Below are positions 34,994-45,175 of a stretch of 64,000 bases of DNA, piece after piece (the first letter of the stretch is position 1; each line of letters begins with the position of its first letter). Location of the stretch: NCBI GenBank assembly GCA_964586175.1, contig CAZPGL010000002.1, positions 36,082 through 100,081 on the forward strand, written 5' to 3'. Below the pieces are notes generated by a model. The model saw only the letters and a list, made by a program, of their open reading frames with translations. It made no database searches and had not been told where the DNA came from. The position numbers and the translations under genes were made by a program. Origin of the DNA: an uncultured Microthrixaceae bacterium (GTDB taxonomy: Bacteria > Actinomycetota > Acidimicrobiia > Acidimicrobiales > MedAcidi-G1).

Positions 34994-36829
34994 TTGCGCC
35001 TCGAATCGATCCGGAACCCCGGTGACCTCCGTTCCCTCGGCATCGAGGACCTGGAGACCCTGGCCGCCGAGATCCGCGGCCAGGTCGTCGCGGCCGTCGA
35101 CCGCACCGGCGGGCATCTGGGCTCCAACCTGGGTGCCGTCGAGTTGACCCTGGCCCTCCACCGGGTCTTCGACAGCCCGAACGACGCGATCCTGTGGGAC
35201 ACCGGGCACCAGGCCTACGTCCACAAGATGCTCACCGGCCGGCTGGCCGAGTTCGCCGAACTCCGCCAGGAGGGCGGTCTGTCGGGCTACCCGTCGCGGA
35301 GCGAATCCGACCACGACTGGATCGAGAACTCGCACGCCTCCACGGTTCTGTCCTACGCCCACGGCCTGGCCACAGCGTTCGAAGCGTCGGACCGGGACCG
35401 CCGGGTCGTGGCGGTGATCGGCGACGGGTCGATGACCGGCGGCATGGCCTTCGAGGGGCTCAACAACCTGGGACACAGCGGCCTCGGTGTCACCATCGTC
35501 CTCAACGACAACGGGCGGTCCTACGCCCCGACGGTCGGCAAGCTGTCCGAGAGCCTCATCCACATCCGCGCCAACCCGACGTACATGCGCCGGCAGCGTC
35601 GCCTCGAGGAGTTGGCCGAGCAGCTGCCGTGGGTCGGTGAGTTGGTCGAGCGGGGCATCAACGCGACCAAGGCGGCCATCCGCGAGATGTTCGAGCCCAC
35701 GGCGTTCTTCGAGACCCTCGGCGTCCACTACCTCGGCCCGTTCGACGGCCACGACATCGCCGAGGTGGAGGAGGCGCTCACCAACGCCTCGGCGTTCGAC
35801 GGCCCGGTGGTGGTCCACGTGCTCACCCAGAAGGGCCGGGGCTACGAACCGGCCGAACGGGACCCCATCAAGCACATGCACGACACGTCGGGGGTCAAGC
35901 CCGGCAGCTACACCGAGGCCTTCACCGAGGCCCTGGTCAAGGCGGCTGAAGCGCGTCCCGAGCTCGTGGCCATCACCGCGGCCATGCCCGACTCGACCGG
36001 GTTGCTGCCGTTCCGGGACCGGTTCCCCGACCGGTGCTTCGACGTCGGCATCGCCGAACAGCACGCGGTGACCGCAGCGGCGGGCATGGCCATGGGCGGG
36101 CTCCGCCCGGTGGTCGCCCTGTACGCCACGTTCCTGACCCGGGCCTTCGACCAGGTGAACCTGGACGCCGCCCTGCACGGGATGCCGGTGGTGTTCTGCC
36201 TCGACCGGGCCGGCGTCACCGGCGACGACGGGCCGTCCCATCACGGGGTGCTCGACATGGTGCTGCTGTCCAAGGTGCCGGGCATGACCGTGTTCGCGCC
36301 GTCGTCGTACCAGGAGCTGCAGCAGATGCTGGGCGACGCCCTCGACATCACCGACGGACCGTCGGCCATCCGCTGGGCCAAGACCCCGGCCCCCCATGTC
36401 GACTGGTCCGACGTCGGCAGCGGCCTGTCGGCCCGGCTGGTCCGGGCCGCCGAACGGCCGGACGTGTGCCTGCTCGGTGTCGGCAAGATGCTGGCCCCGA
36501 CCCTCGAGGCGGCCGACCTGCTGGCCGAGGCCGGGGTGGAGGCCACGGTCTGGGACCCCAGGGTGGTCCGACCGGTCGATCCCGCGATGCTCGCCGATGC
36601 CGCCCGCCACGACCTGGTGGTCACCGTCGAGGACGGGTTCCGGGAGGGCGGCTTCGGCTCCACGGTGCTCGACTCACTGGCCGACACGTCGCCGGCGACC
36701 CGCGTGGCGGTGCTGGGGGTGCCGGTGGCCCACCATGCCCACGCCAACGCCGACGCGCTGCTCGCCGGGTTCGGCCTGGACGCCCGGGGCATCGCCGACG
36801 CTGCCCTGGCCCGCATCCCCAGACCGTGA
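34994..36829 (+). CDS. dxs: 1-deoxy-D-xylulose-5-phosphate synthase
   Basis: ORF 34430..36829. The first plausible start is the TTG at 34994 (LRLESIRNPGDLRSL...). Motifs: GGHLGSNLGAVELTLALH, WDTGHQAYVHKMLTGR, GDGSMTGGMAFEGLN, DVGIAEQHAV. The start codon is uncertain. Confidence 0.9.
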   Translation: MRLESIRNPGDLRSLGIEDLETLAAEIRGQVVAAVDRTGGHLGSNLGAVELTLALHRVFDSPNDAILWDTGHQAYVHKMLTGRLAEFAELRQEGGLSGYPSRSESDHDWIENSHASTVLSYAHGLATAFEASDRDRRVVAVIGDGSMTGGMAFEGLNNLGHSGLGVTIVLNDNGRSYAPTVGKLSESLIHIRANPTYMRRQRRLEELAEQLPWVGELVERGINATKAAIREMFEPTAFFETLGVHYLGPFDGHDIAEVEEALTNASAFDGPVVVHVLTQKGRGYEPAERDPIKHMHDTSGVKPGSYTEAFTEALVKAAEARPELVAITAAMPDSTGLLPFRDRFPDRCFDVGIAEQHAVTAAAGMAMGGLRPVVALYATFLTRAFDQVNLDAALHGMPVVFCLDRAGVTGDDGPSHHGVLDMVLLSKVPGMTVFAPSSYQELQQMLGDALDITDGPSAIRWAKTPAPHVDWSDVGSGLSARLVRAAERPDVCLLGVGKMLAPTLEAADLLAEAGVEATVWDPRVVRPVDPAMLADAARHDLVVTVEDGFREGGFGSTVLDSLADTSPATRVAVLGVPVAHHAHANADALLAGFGLDARGIADAALARIPRP

Positions 36830-36857
36830 TCGGGACGGGGACGACGGAACGACGGAA

Positions 36858-37499
36858 CTACGTGTAGAAGGGGTTGTCGCCCGCGGTGTGGTCGGTGGCG
36901 TCGACCACCTCGGTGATCTCGGGGATCGCCTCGACGATGGCGGCCCGGATGCCTTCGGTGAGGGTGGCCTGGCTCATCGCACACCCCTGACAACCACCGC
37001 CCATCATCACGAACGCCGTCTCGTCCTCGATACCGACGAGGGTGGCGTAGCCGCCGTGTGAGGCGAGGGCCGGGTTGATGCGCTGGGCGATGAGCTGCCC
37101 CACCCGTTCGGCCACGTCGCCGGACAGCTCAAGGGTGCCGAGATCGCCCAACGGGTTGGGCCGGTTCGGATTCCGGATGACCAGCCCGCCCTGCACCGGG
37201 TTGCTCGGCAGGTCGAGGGTGGCGCCGGCCAACTTGTCCCGGCTGTCGTCGGGCACGGCCATGGCCAACTCGCCGATCGTCCAGACGTGGTCGGCGACGG
37301 CCTCGTCGGCGTCGATGAAGGCCAGGTCGTAGGCGTAGTCGACACCCTGGACACCGGTGACCGAGATACGCAGCACCAGCGTCTCGGGCAGGTCTTCGGC
37401 CGACCGGGCCTCGAGCACCTTGGCCAGGGCGCCGTCGGTGACCTCCATGACCGCCGTCGATGCGGCGTCGTCCGTGCGCTCGGTGGTGGCGTCGCTCAT
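36858..37499 (-). CDS. NfuA-like Fe-S cluster carrier (degenerate IscA/HesB-like N-domain plus Nfu C-domain)
   Basis: VLRISVTGVQGVDYAYDLAF... then INPALASHGGYATLVGIED...VMMGGGCQGCAMS (the Nfu CxxC). Confidence 0.75.
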   Translation of the reverse strand: MSDATTERTDDAASTAVMEVTDGALAKVLEARSAEDLPETLVLRISVTGVQGVDYAYDLAFIDADEAVADHVWTIGELAMAVPDDSRDKLAGATLDLPSNPVQGGLVIRNPNRPNPLGDLGTLELSGDVAERVGQLIAQRINPALASHGGYATLVGIEDETAFVMMGGGCQGCAMSQATLTEGIRAAIVEAIPEITEVVDATDHTAGDNPFYT

Positions 37500-37559
37500 G
37501 GGCACCAGCCTACCGGCGGCCTCTTGCGGGCCAGTCGGCGCCCGCTAGGTTCTGCGGCC

Positions 37560-38264
37560 ATGAGCGACACTCCGGTCTCCGTCCGCGCCGAGGGCCAGGT
37601 AGCCGTCATCGACTGGGACGACGGCAAGGCCAACGCCATCGGTCCCGACGCCGTCGCCCATCTGCTCGCCGCGTTCGACCGGGTCGAGGCCGACGCGGCC
37701 GACGCCGTGGTGCTGACCGGCCGCCCGGGCCGGTTCTCGGCCGGATTCGACCTGAAGGTCATGCAGGAGAGTCCGGCGGCTGCCCGCGACCTGCTGGCCG
37801 CCGGCGTCGACCTGTTCATGCGCATGTACCTCTTCCCCCGGCCCGTGGTGACGGCGTGCACCGGTCACGCCATCGCCGCCGGGGCCATCGTCCTGATGTC
37901 GACTGACCTGCGGATCGGGACCCGGGGCGAGTTCAAGATCGGCCTGCCCGAGGTGACCATCGGCATGTCGCTCCCGTTCTTCGCCACCGAGCTGGCCCGC
38001 GACCGTCTCTCGAAACGCCACTACACGAGGGCCACCGCACTGGGCACCATGTACACCCCCGACGAGGCCGTCGACGTCGGGTATCTCGACGAGGTGGTCG
38101 AGCCGGACGACGTGGTGACCACCGCGGTCGAGCGGGCCACCGCGCTGGCCGGCATCAGCCGGGGCGGCCTTTTGCACACGAGGTCCACCACCCGGGGCGC
38201 CATAGCCGCCGCCATCACCGACGGCCTGGCCGAGGACCTCTCCCAGTTCAACGTCGACGGCTGA
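37560..38264 (+). CDS. enoyl-CoA hydratase/isomerase (crotonase) family
   Basis: ORF 37287..38264 trimmed to the ATG at 37560. Motifs: VAVIDWDDGKANAI, VVLTGRPGRFSAGFDL, ACTGHAIAAGAIVLMSTDLR. Confidence 0.85.
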   Translation: MSDTPVSVRAEGQVAVIDWDDGKANAIGPDAVAHLLAAFDRVEADAADAVVLTGRPGRFSAGFDLKVMQESPAAARDLLAAGVDLFMRMYLFPRPVVTACTGHAIAAGAIVLMSTDLRIGTRGEFKIGLPEVTIGMSLPFFATELARDRLSKRHYTRATALGTMYTPDEAVDVGYLDEVVEPDDVVTTAVERATALAGISRGGLLHTRSTTRGAIAAAITDGLAEDLSQFNVDG

Positions 38265-38274
38265 CGACGTCGAC

Positions 38275-39273
38275 GTGAACCTCGGCCCGCCCCGACCGAC
38301 GGCCCTGCTCCTGACGGCGTTCGGTGGCCCCGAGGGCCCCGACGACGTCGAACCGTTCCTCGCCCACGTAGCCGACGGTCGCGCCATACCGCCAGAGCGC
38401 CTCGCCGAGGTGGCCGACCGGTACGCCACGGCGGGCGGGCGCTCGCCGATCAACGAGCGCATGCGTCGGCTGGCCGCCCGGGTCGGATCGACGGCGGAGG
38501 ATCGGGGCGTGAAGCTGGCCGTGGCCTGCGGTAACCGCCACTGGCACCCGTTCATCGACGAGTCGGTGCGCCGCATGTGGGAGGGCGGCCACCGCGACAT
38601 CGCAGCGTGGATCACCTCGCCGTACCGGTCCTACGCCACCTGCCGCTCCTACCTCGAAGGGATCGACGCGGCGACGGCCGGCCTCGAGGACCCGGCCGGC
38701 CCGGTCTCCATCACCCCGATCCGGACCCCGTGCGACCACCCGGGCCTCATCGAACCGGCGGGCGACCGGCTCGCCGACGCCCTGGCGTCACTCGCCCCGG
38801 ACGTCCGGCACCGGGCCCACGTGCTCTTCACCGCCCACAGCATCCCCGAAGCCTCCGCTGCCACCTGCGACTACGAGGCCGACCTGCGGGCCGCCGCGGC
38901 ACTGGTCGCCGACCGGGCCGACCCTGCAGGGCGGCACCCGTGGGAGCTGGTGTGGCAGTCCCGCAGCGGCCCCCCCGACGTACCGTGGCTGGCCCCCGAC
39001 GTGGGCGACCGGATCGACGAGCTGGCCGCGGCCGGCGTGCCGGCGGTCGCCGTCTCCCCCATCGGCTTCCCGGTGCTCAACTTCGAGATCCTCTGGGACC
39101 TCGACCACGAGGCGGCGCGGCGGGCCGAGGCGGCCGGCATGGCCTTCGCCCGTGCGGCCACCGTCGACGACGATCCCCGGTTCGCCGCCATGATCTTCGA
39201 CCTGTTCACGGCGTGCGTCGCCGTCAACCCGGCCCCGTGTCCGGTCGGCTGCTGTCCACCACCGTCACGCTGA
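38275..39273 (+). CDS. hemH: ferrochelatase (actinobacterial coproporphyrin ferrochelatase type)
   Basis: 332 aa, GTG start. Motifs: LLLTAFGGPEGPDDVEPFL, GGRSPIN, LFTAHSIP, WQSR.GPP..PWL.PD, SPIGF. Confidence 0.85.
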   Translation: MNLGPPRPTALLLTAFGGPEGPDDVEPFLAHVADGRAIPPERLAEVADRYATAGGRSPINERMRRLAARVGSTAEDRGVKLAVACGNRHWHPFIDESVRRMWEGGHRDIAAWITSPYRSYATCRSYLEGIDAATAGLEDPAGPVSITPIRTPCDHPGLIEPAGDRLADALASLAPDVRHRAHVLFTAHSIPEASAATCDYEADLRAAAALVADRADPAGRHPWELVWQSRSGPPDVPWLAPDVGDRIDELAAAGVPAVAVSPIGFPVLNFEILWDLDHEAARRAEAAGMAFARAATVDDDPRFAAMIFDLFTACVAVNPAPCPVGCCPPPSR

Positions 39274-39326
39274 CCGAACGGGCACGGGATCCCCGGGCAC
39301 TCCCGGACCCGCCACTACGGTTGACG

Positions 39327-39644
39327 ATGATGAATCACACCCGGATCGCCGCCGAAGCACTGCGATTCCGCCTCGGCACGCTCACCCAGGTGGGTGGGCC
39401 GTCCACGGTCATCGACGTCGAGGAGGCCGCTGAGTTGGTGGTGGCCTGCGCCGATCCCGGCGTCGACCGGGCCCTCCGGCTGGTCGGCGAGACCTGGCAC
39501 GCCGCCGGGCTGCCCACCAACGCCATTGACCAGCCGTGGACACCGGGGGCCACGGCCCGGCTGCGCAACGTCGGTGGCGGCAACCTGCTCGATGCCCTCG
39601 ACGACCTCGTCACGGGCATCGGACGCTGCCAGGTCCGCCCCTGA
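39327..39644 (+). CDS. hypothetical protein (105 aa)
   Basis: C-terminal part of track ORF 38577..39644, starting at ATGATG 39327. Coding-like GC3. No family recognised. Confidence 0.4.
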   Translation: MMNHTRIAAEALRFRLGTLTQVGGPSTVIDVEEAAELVVACADPGVDRALRLVGETWHAAGLPTNAIDQPWTPGATARLRNVGGGNLLDALDDLVTGIGRCQVRP

Positions 39645-39807
39645 ACCAGGCTGGCCCGGCTCCTCGGGGCTTGCCGCGATTCGCCGAATCGGCCGGGGTA
39701 CGGTCGGACCAGACCCTTACCGGCGGCCCTGTCACCGGTCGTCGCCACAATGCCTGCATGGCACCAGCCCCCCACCGACCAACCCCCCACCACGAGACAC
39801 CGACACC

Positions 39808-42222
39808 GTGAGCACCCAGCAGCGACTGCTCGACGACGAGTCCTTCGCCCGCGCCGTCAACCCGGTGCCGGTGGCGACCGAGATGCGCGAGTCGTTCCTC
39901 GCCTACTCGCTGTCGGTCATCACCGCCCGCGCCATTCCCGACGTGCGCGACGGCCTCAAGCCGGTCCAGCGCCGCATCCTGTACGCCATGCTCCGCATGG
40001 GGGTCCGGCCCGACACCCCGCACCGCAAGAGCGCCCGGGTGGTGGGCGACACCATGGGCCGCTACCACCCGCACGGGGACGCCGCCATCTACGACGCCCT
40101 GGTGCGCATGGGCCAGTCGTTCGCCCGGGGCATCACGTTCGTCGACCCGCAGGGCAACTTCGGTTCGCTCGACGACCCGCCGGCGGCCCCCCGCTACACC
40201 GAATGCCGCCTGTCTGAGGCCGCCATGGCCATGGTCGGCGAGCTCGACGAGGACACCGTCGACTTCCGCCCCACCTACGACGGCGAGTCCAGTGAACCCG
40301 CCTGTCTGCCCGGCCTACTGCCCGGCCTCCTCGTCAACGGCACCACCGGCATCGCCGTCGGCATGGCCACCAACATGCCGACCCACAACCTGCTCGAGGT
40401 CGCAGCGGCCATCGAGCTGGTCATGAAGAAGCGACGGCCCAAACCGACCATCGACGAGTTGCTGGCCGTGCTCCCCGGCCCCGACTTCCCGAGCGGTGGG
40501 ATCATCGTCGATGACGGCATACGCGAGGCGTACACCTCCGGCCGGGGTTCGATCCGCGTCCGGGCGGCCGCCCACGTCGAGTCCTTGCCGCGGGGCCGCC
40601 AGGCCATCATGGTCACCGAACTGCCCTACCAGGTCGGCCCCGAGCGGGTCATCGGCAGGCTCAAAGAGCTCAACGAGCAGGGCAAGGTCGCCGGCATCGC
40701 CGACTTCAAGAACCTGTCCGACCGGCACACCGGCCTCCGGCTCCAGATCACCGTCAAGCCGGGCCACAACCCCCAGGCCGTGCTCAGCGAGTTGTACCGG
40801 CTCACCCCGATGGAGGAGTCGTTCGGCATCAACAACGTGGTCCTCGTCGACGGCGAACCCCGCACCCTCGGGCTCTACGAGCTGTGCCGGCTCTACGTCG
40901 AGCACCGTCTCGACGTGGTGGTGCGCCGCACCCGGTTCCGGCTGGCCAGGGCCACCGACCGGCTGCACATCGTCGAGGGGCTGCTCATCGCCCTCGACGC
41001 CATCGACGAGGTCGTGGCCATCATCCGGGGCTCCGACGACACCGCGGCGGCCCGCACAGCCCTCATGGAGCGCTTCGGACTCAGCGTGATCCAGACCGAC
41101 CACATCCTCGACATGCCCCTGAAGCGCCTCACCGCGCTGGAAAAGCAGCGCATCGTGGACGAACACGACGGGCTGGTCGCCGACATCGACGACTTCAACA
41201 AACTGCTCAAGTCCGAGGCCCGTCAGCGCACGCTCGTGCTGAACGAACTCCACGAGGCGGCGGAGCGGTTCGGCCGGGAGCGCCGGACCCAGATCGTCCA
41301 CCCCGACGACATCCAGGTGTTCGAGGCCAACGAGGTGGCCGACGACGTCACCGACGAACCGTGCGTCGTCACCCTGTCGACGTCCGGGCAGATCGGCCGC
41401 ACCCCGGTCGACGGTGGGCGGCGGGCCAACCCGGGCCGCCACGACGTCCTGCTGGCCGCCATCGTGGCCCGCACCACGTCCACCGTGTCGGCCGTGACCT
41501 CCGAGGGCCGGGTCCTCCAGGTGCTGGCCGCTGAGCTGACCGACGCTGGCGGTCGGGCCCGAGGTGCCGGTGCCGCCCAGGCCTTCGGGGCCAATCGGGG
41601 CGAGGCCCTCCATTCGCTGGTCGCCGAAGGCCGGGAGCATCTGGTCATCGTCACCGCGAGCGGCATGGCCAAGCGGCTCACCCTCGACGAGATCCGCGGC
41701 ACCCGCCCCGGCAAGCCCGTCATCAAGCTCAAGCCGGGCGACCGGGTGGCCGCGGCGTTCTGTGCCCCCCACGGCGTCGACTGCCTACTCGTCGCCTCCG
41801 ACGGCCAGGTGCTGCGCACCGCGGTCGACGGCATCAGCGTGCAAGGCCGCAACGCCGGCGGCGTGGCCGGCATGAAGTTGCGGGCCGACGCCGAGGTCGT
41901 CGCCGGCGGGGTGATCCTCGGCGACGACACCCTCATCACCGTGTCGGACGACGGCACGGCCAAGGCCACCCCGGTCACCGAGTTCGACACCAAGGGCCGT
42001 GGCGGGGTGGGCGTCCGGGTCACCCGGGTCGCCGACGGTGCCGCCCTCACCACCGCCTACGTGGGCCAGCCGTTCGGCCTGCTGGCCGTCATGGCCGTCG
42101 ATGACGACCCGAAGAAGCCCGACCCCAACCCGGTGCCCCTGCTGCTCGATCCCAGCGCCCGGGACCTGGTGAGCACGGCCACCGAGCGCCAGATCCTGGC
42201 CCTTGGGCCGTCCCGGTGGTGA
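39808..42222 (+). CDS. type IIA DNA topoisomerase subunit A (GyrA paralog, ParC/topo IV-like)
   Basis: ORF 39394..42222 trimmed to the GTG at 39808. Motifs: EMRESFLAYSLSVITARAIPDVRDGLKPVQRRILYAM, GRYHPHGD, YTECRL (active-site Tyr), ELPYQV. I saw no GyrA-box (QRRGGKG) in the C-terminal domain. Confidence 0.9.
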   Translation: MSTQQRLLDDESFARAVNPVPVATEMRESFLAYSLSVITARAIPDVRDGLKPVQRRILYAMLRMGVRPDTPHRKSARVVGDTMGRYHPHGDAAIYDALVRMGQSFARGITFVDPQGNFGSLDDPPAAPRYTECRLSEAAMAMVGELDEDTVDFRPTYDGESSEPACLPGLLPGLLVNGTTGIAVGMATNMPTHNLLEVAAAIELVMKKRRPKPTIDELLAVLPGPDFPSGGIIVDDGIREAYTSGRGSIRVRAAAHVESLPRGRQAIMVTELPYQVGPERVIGRLKELNEQGKVAGIADFKNLSDRHTGLRLQITVKPGHNPQAVLSELYRLTPMEESFGINNVVLVDGEPRTLGLYELCRLYVEHRLDVVVRRTRFRLARATDRLHIVEGLLIALDAIDEVVAIIRGSDDTAAARTALMERFGLSVIQTDHILDMPLKRLTALEKQRIVDEHDGLVADIDDFNKLLKSEARQRTLVLNELHEAAERFGRERRTQIVHPDDIQVFEANEVADDVTDEPCVVTLSTSGQIGRTPVDGGRRANPGRHDVLLAAIVARTTSTVSAVTSEGRVLQVLAAELTDAGGRARGAGAAQAFGANRGEALHSLVAEGREHLVIVTASGMAKRLTLDEIRGTRPGKPVIKLKPGDRVAAAFCAPHGVDCLLVASDGQVLRTAVDGISVQGRNAGGVAGMKLRADAEVVAGGVILGDDTLITVSDDGTAKATPVTEFDTKGRGGVGVRVTRVADGAALTTAYVGQPFGLLAVMAVDDDPKKPDPNPVPLLLDPSARDLVSTATERQILALGPSRW

Positions 42223-44309
42223 CCGTGGCCACCAGGACGCAGCCCGCTAAGAAGCCCGCCAAGAAGCCCGCCGGCAAGCAGACCGGTTACGACGCCGACG
42301 CCATCCAGACGCTCGAGGGCCTGGAGGCGGTCCGCAAGCGACCCGGCATGTACATCGGCGGCACCGGCAGCCCCGGCCTCACCCATCTCGTCTGGGAGTT
42401 GGTCGACAACGCGGTCGACGAGGCGGCCGCCGGCTTCGCCAACCGCATCGAGATCACCCTCCACCGCGACCAGTCGGTCGAGGTCGCCGACAACGGCCGC
42501 GGGATTCCCATCGACACCCACGCCAAGCGCAAGGTCTCCGCCCTCGAGGTGGTGCTCACCGAACTCCATGCCGGCGGCAAGTTCGGCGGCGGTGCGTACG
42601 GGGCTTCCGGCGGGCTGCACGGCGTCGGAGCGTCGGTCGTCAATGCCCTTTCCACCAAGCTCGTCGCCCAGGTCGACCGCGACGGCCACACCCACGAGCT
42701 GGCGTTCCGAGAACGGGTGGCCGGCCAGTTCTCGGGCTCGTCGTTCAAAGCAGGGCATCAACTCCAGAAGGTCAAGCGCATCGCCAAGACCAAGTCGGGG
42801 ACCCGGGTCAGGTTCTGGCCCGATCGCGACATCTTCGACGCCGACGCCCGCATCGACCCCGACGAGATCTGCGACCGTGTCACCCGGGCCTGCTTCCTCG
42901 TGCCCGGGGTACGGATCCGGGTGGTCGACAAGCGGGCCGGCGGCGCCAAGGAGCCGTTCGACTTCGTGTCCCGGGGCGGGCTGGCCGACCTGGTCGACCA
43001 CCTGTCCAGCGGCGAGAATGTGTGCGAGATCATCACCCTGTCGGGCATCGACACGTTCAGCGAGCGCGTGCCGGTCGACGGCAAGATGCGCGACGTCGAA
43101 CGCGAGTGCACCGTCGAGGTGGCCCTGCGTTGGGTGCGCAACTACGAGGCCCAGGTGCAGTCGTTCGTCAACACGATCCCCACCAGCCAGGGCGGCACCC
43201 ACACCGCGGGGTTCGATCGGGCTCTCACCAGGGCCGTCAACGACATCCTCCTCAAGGACACCCGGAAGCTGGCCAAGTTGGCCAAGGAGAACAAGCACCG
43301 GGCCGGCAAGGATGACGTCCAGGAGGGCCTGGTCGCCGCGTTGAAGGTGATCGTGCCCGAACCGCAGTTCCGGGGTCAGACCAAACAGGAACTGGGCACC
43401 CCGGCCATCGAGAAGATCGTCTACGACATCGTCAAGCAGGGTTTGGCCGACTGGTTCACCGGTGGCGGTCCCAAGACCCACGTCAACGCCGTCCGCGACA
43501 AGCTGGCCACCGCGGTCATCAACCGGGTCAGCTCCAAGCAACTGCTGGAGAACAAGCGCAAGGCCGCCTCGATGGGCTCCACCGGGATGCCCGACAAGCT
43601 GGCCGACTGCCGGGTCCACGGCCCCGACGCCGAGCTGGTGATCGTCGAAGGGGATTCGGCCGCCGGTCCGGCCAAGGCAGGACGCAACTCGGAGAACACC
43701 GCCATCCTCCCGCTGCGGGGCAAGGTGGTGAACGCCGGCAAGGCCACCCTCAAACAGGTGCTCGACAACGCCGAGGCCCAGGCCCTGTTCACCGCAGTGG
43801 GTGCCGGTTCCGGCAAGGAGTTCAACCTCGACGACGCCCGATACGGCCGCATCGTCATCCTGTGCGACGCCGACGTCGACGGAAGCCACATCCGATGCCT
43901 GCTCCTCACCCTGATCCACGAGTACATGCGGCCCATGCTCAAGGAAGGCCGGGTCTTCGCCGCCCAGCCTCCCCTCTACACATGTCGGGTCGGCGACACC
44001 GTGCACCGGGCGTTCTCCGACGACGAACGCGACGCGCTCACCGCCGAACTCACCAAGGGGAACCGCAAGGCCGAGAACCTGCGCTGGAACCGCTTCAAGG
44101 GGCTCGGCGAGATGAACGTCGAAGAGCTGGCCGAATGCGCCCTCGACCCCGCCACCCGCATCCTGCGCCGGCTCACCATGGCCGACGCCAAGGAGGCCAA
44201 GGAGGCGGCTCGCATGTTCGACGTCCTGATGGGGGCCGACGTCGCCAAGCGACGCGACTACCTGGTCGCCAACAGCACGCTGCTCGACCCCGACGCCCTG
44301 GACATCTGA
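42216..44309 (+). CDS. type IIA DNA topoisomerase subunit B (GyrB paralog, ParE-like) with Lys-rich N-terminal tail
   Basis: 697 aa. GLEAVRKRPGMYIG, LVWELVDNAVDE, GGLHGVGASVVN, VEGDSAGG, PLRGKVVN, ILCDADVDGSHI. Overlaps subunit A by 7 nt. N-terminus: TRTQPAKKPAKKPAGKQ. Confidence 0.9.
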   Translation: MVTVATRTQPAKKPAKKPAGKQTGYDADAIQTLEGLEAVRKRPGMYIGGTGSPGLTHLVWELVDNAVDEAAAGFANRIEITLHRDQSVEVADNGRGIPIDTHAKRKVSALEVVLTELHAGGKFGGGAYGASGGLHGVGASVVNALSTKLVAQVDRDGHTHELAFRERVAGQFSGSSFKAGHQLQKVKRIAKTKSGTRVRFWPDRDIFDADARIDPDEICDRVTRACFLVPGVRIRVVDKRAGGAKEPFDFVSRGGLADLVDHLSSGENVCEIITLSGIDTFSERVPVDGKMRDVERECTVEVALRWVRNYEAQVQSFVNTIPTSQGGTHTAGFDRALTRAVNDILLKDTRKLAKLAKENKHRAGKDDVQEGLVAALKVIVPEPQFRGQTKQELGTPAIEKIVYDIVKQGLADWFTGGGPKTHVNAVRDKLATAVINRVSSKQLLENKRKAASMGSTGMPDKLADCRVHGPDAELVIVEGDSAAGPAKAGRNSENTAILPLRGKVVNAGKATLKQVLDNAEAQALFTAVGAGSGKEFNLDDARYGRIVILCDADVDGSHIRCLLLTLIHEYMRPMLKEGRVFAAQPPLYTCRVGDTVHRAFSDDERDALTAELTKGNRKAENLRWNRFKGLGEMNVEELAECALDPATRILRRLTMADAKEAKEAARMFDVLMGADVAKRRDYLVANSTLLDPDALDI

Positions 44310-44343
44310 TGCTGTTGCCCCCGTCCGACCGGGCCGGTCGCTG

Positions 44344-45165
44344 ATGGCCGACCTCCCGGCCTTCCTGTCGCCGTCGGCGGCCGGCACCTACCGGCAGTGT
44401 CCGCGCCGCTGGAAACACCGTTACGTTGACAAGTTGCCCGACCCGCCGGGCGAGGCCGCCCTCGTCGGCACCTTCGCCCACCGGGTGCTCGAGCTGTTGT
44501 GCGACGAGCCGCCCGACCAGCGCACCGCCGACCGGGCCCGCGCCCTGGCCCGCGAGGTGTGGCCCCAGATCTCGGCCCACCCCGACTACCGCGGCCTCGG
44601 ACTGGCCGACGACGCCCAACGGGAATTCCGATGGAAGTCCTGGCAGGCCATCGAGGGGCTGTGGCAACTCGAGGATCCCGCCGGCATCGACGTGCGGGCC
44701 ACCGAGCAACGGCTGTCCACCGTCGTGGCCGGCGTGCCGTTCCGCGGGGTGGTCGACCGCCTCGACGACGACGGCGACACCCTCGTGGTCACCGACTACA
44801 AGTCCGGCCGGCCCCCACGTGCCGCCGACCGGCAGAAGTCGCTCGACCAGGTGCTGCTCTACGCGGCGGCCGTCGAGGCCGAGACCGGGGAACGTCCCGG
44901 TCGGGCCCGGCTGCTGTACCTCGGCCGGGAGATCATCGAGACGACCGTCGACGACGGCGCGCTCGACGGCGCCACCGGCCGTCTGGCCGGCACCTGGTCG
45001 GACCTGGGGGGCGACTGCGCCGGCGACACGTTCGCCACCAGCCCCGGACCCCTGTGCGGCTGGTGCCCCTACGCCGGCATCTGCTCCGACGGGCAGGCCG
45101 AGATCAAGCGGCGGCTGGCCGCCGGGCGCATGCGCACCGACGCTCCCGCCCTGGCCCTGATCTGA
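44344..45165 (+). CDS. PD-(D/E)XK nuclease with Cas4/AddB-type 4-Cys cluster
   Basis: 273 aa. YRQCPRRW (N-terminal Cys), GVVDRLD...VVTDYKSG (D...D-x-K), QVLLY (QxxxY), and a C-terminal CGWCPYAGIC (CX2CX5C). Confidence 0.8.
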   Translation: MADLPAFLSPSAAGTYRQCPRRWKHRYVDKLPDPPGEAALVGTFAHRVLELLCDEPPDQRTADRARALAREVWPQISAHPDYRGLGLADDAQREFRWKSWQAIEGLWQLEDPAGIDVRATEQRLSTVVAGVPFRGVVDRLDDDGDTLVVTDYKSGRPPRAADRQKSLDQVLLYAAAVEAETGERPGRARLLYLGREIIETTVDDGALDGATGRLAGTWSDLGGDCAGDTFATSPGPLCGWCPYAGICSDGQAEIKRRLAAGRMRTDAPALALI

Positions 45166-45175
45166 CGCCGGACGC

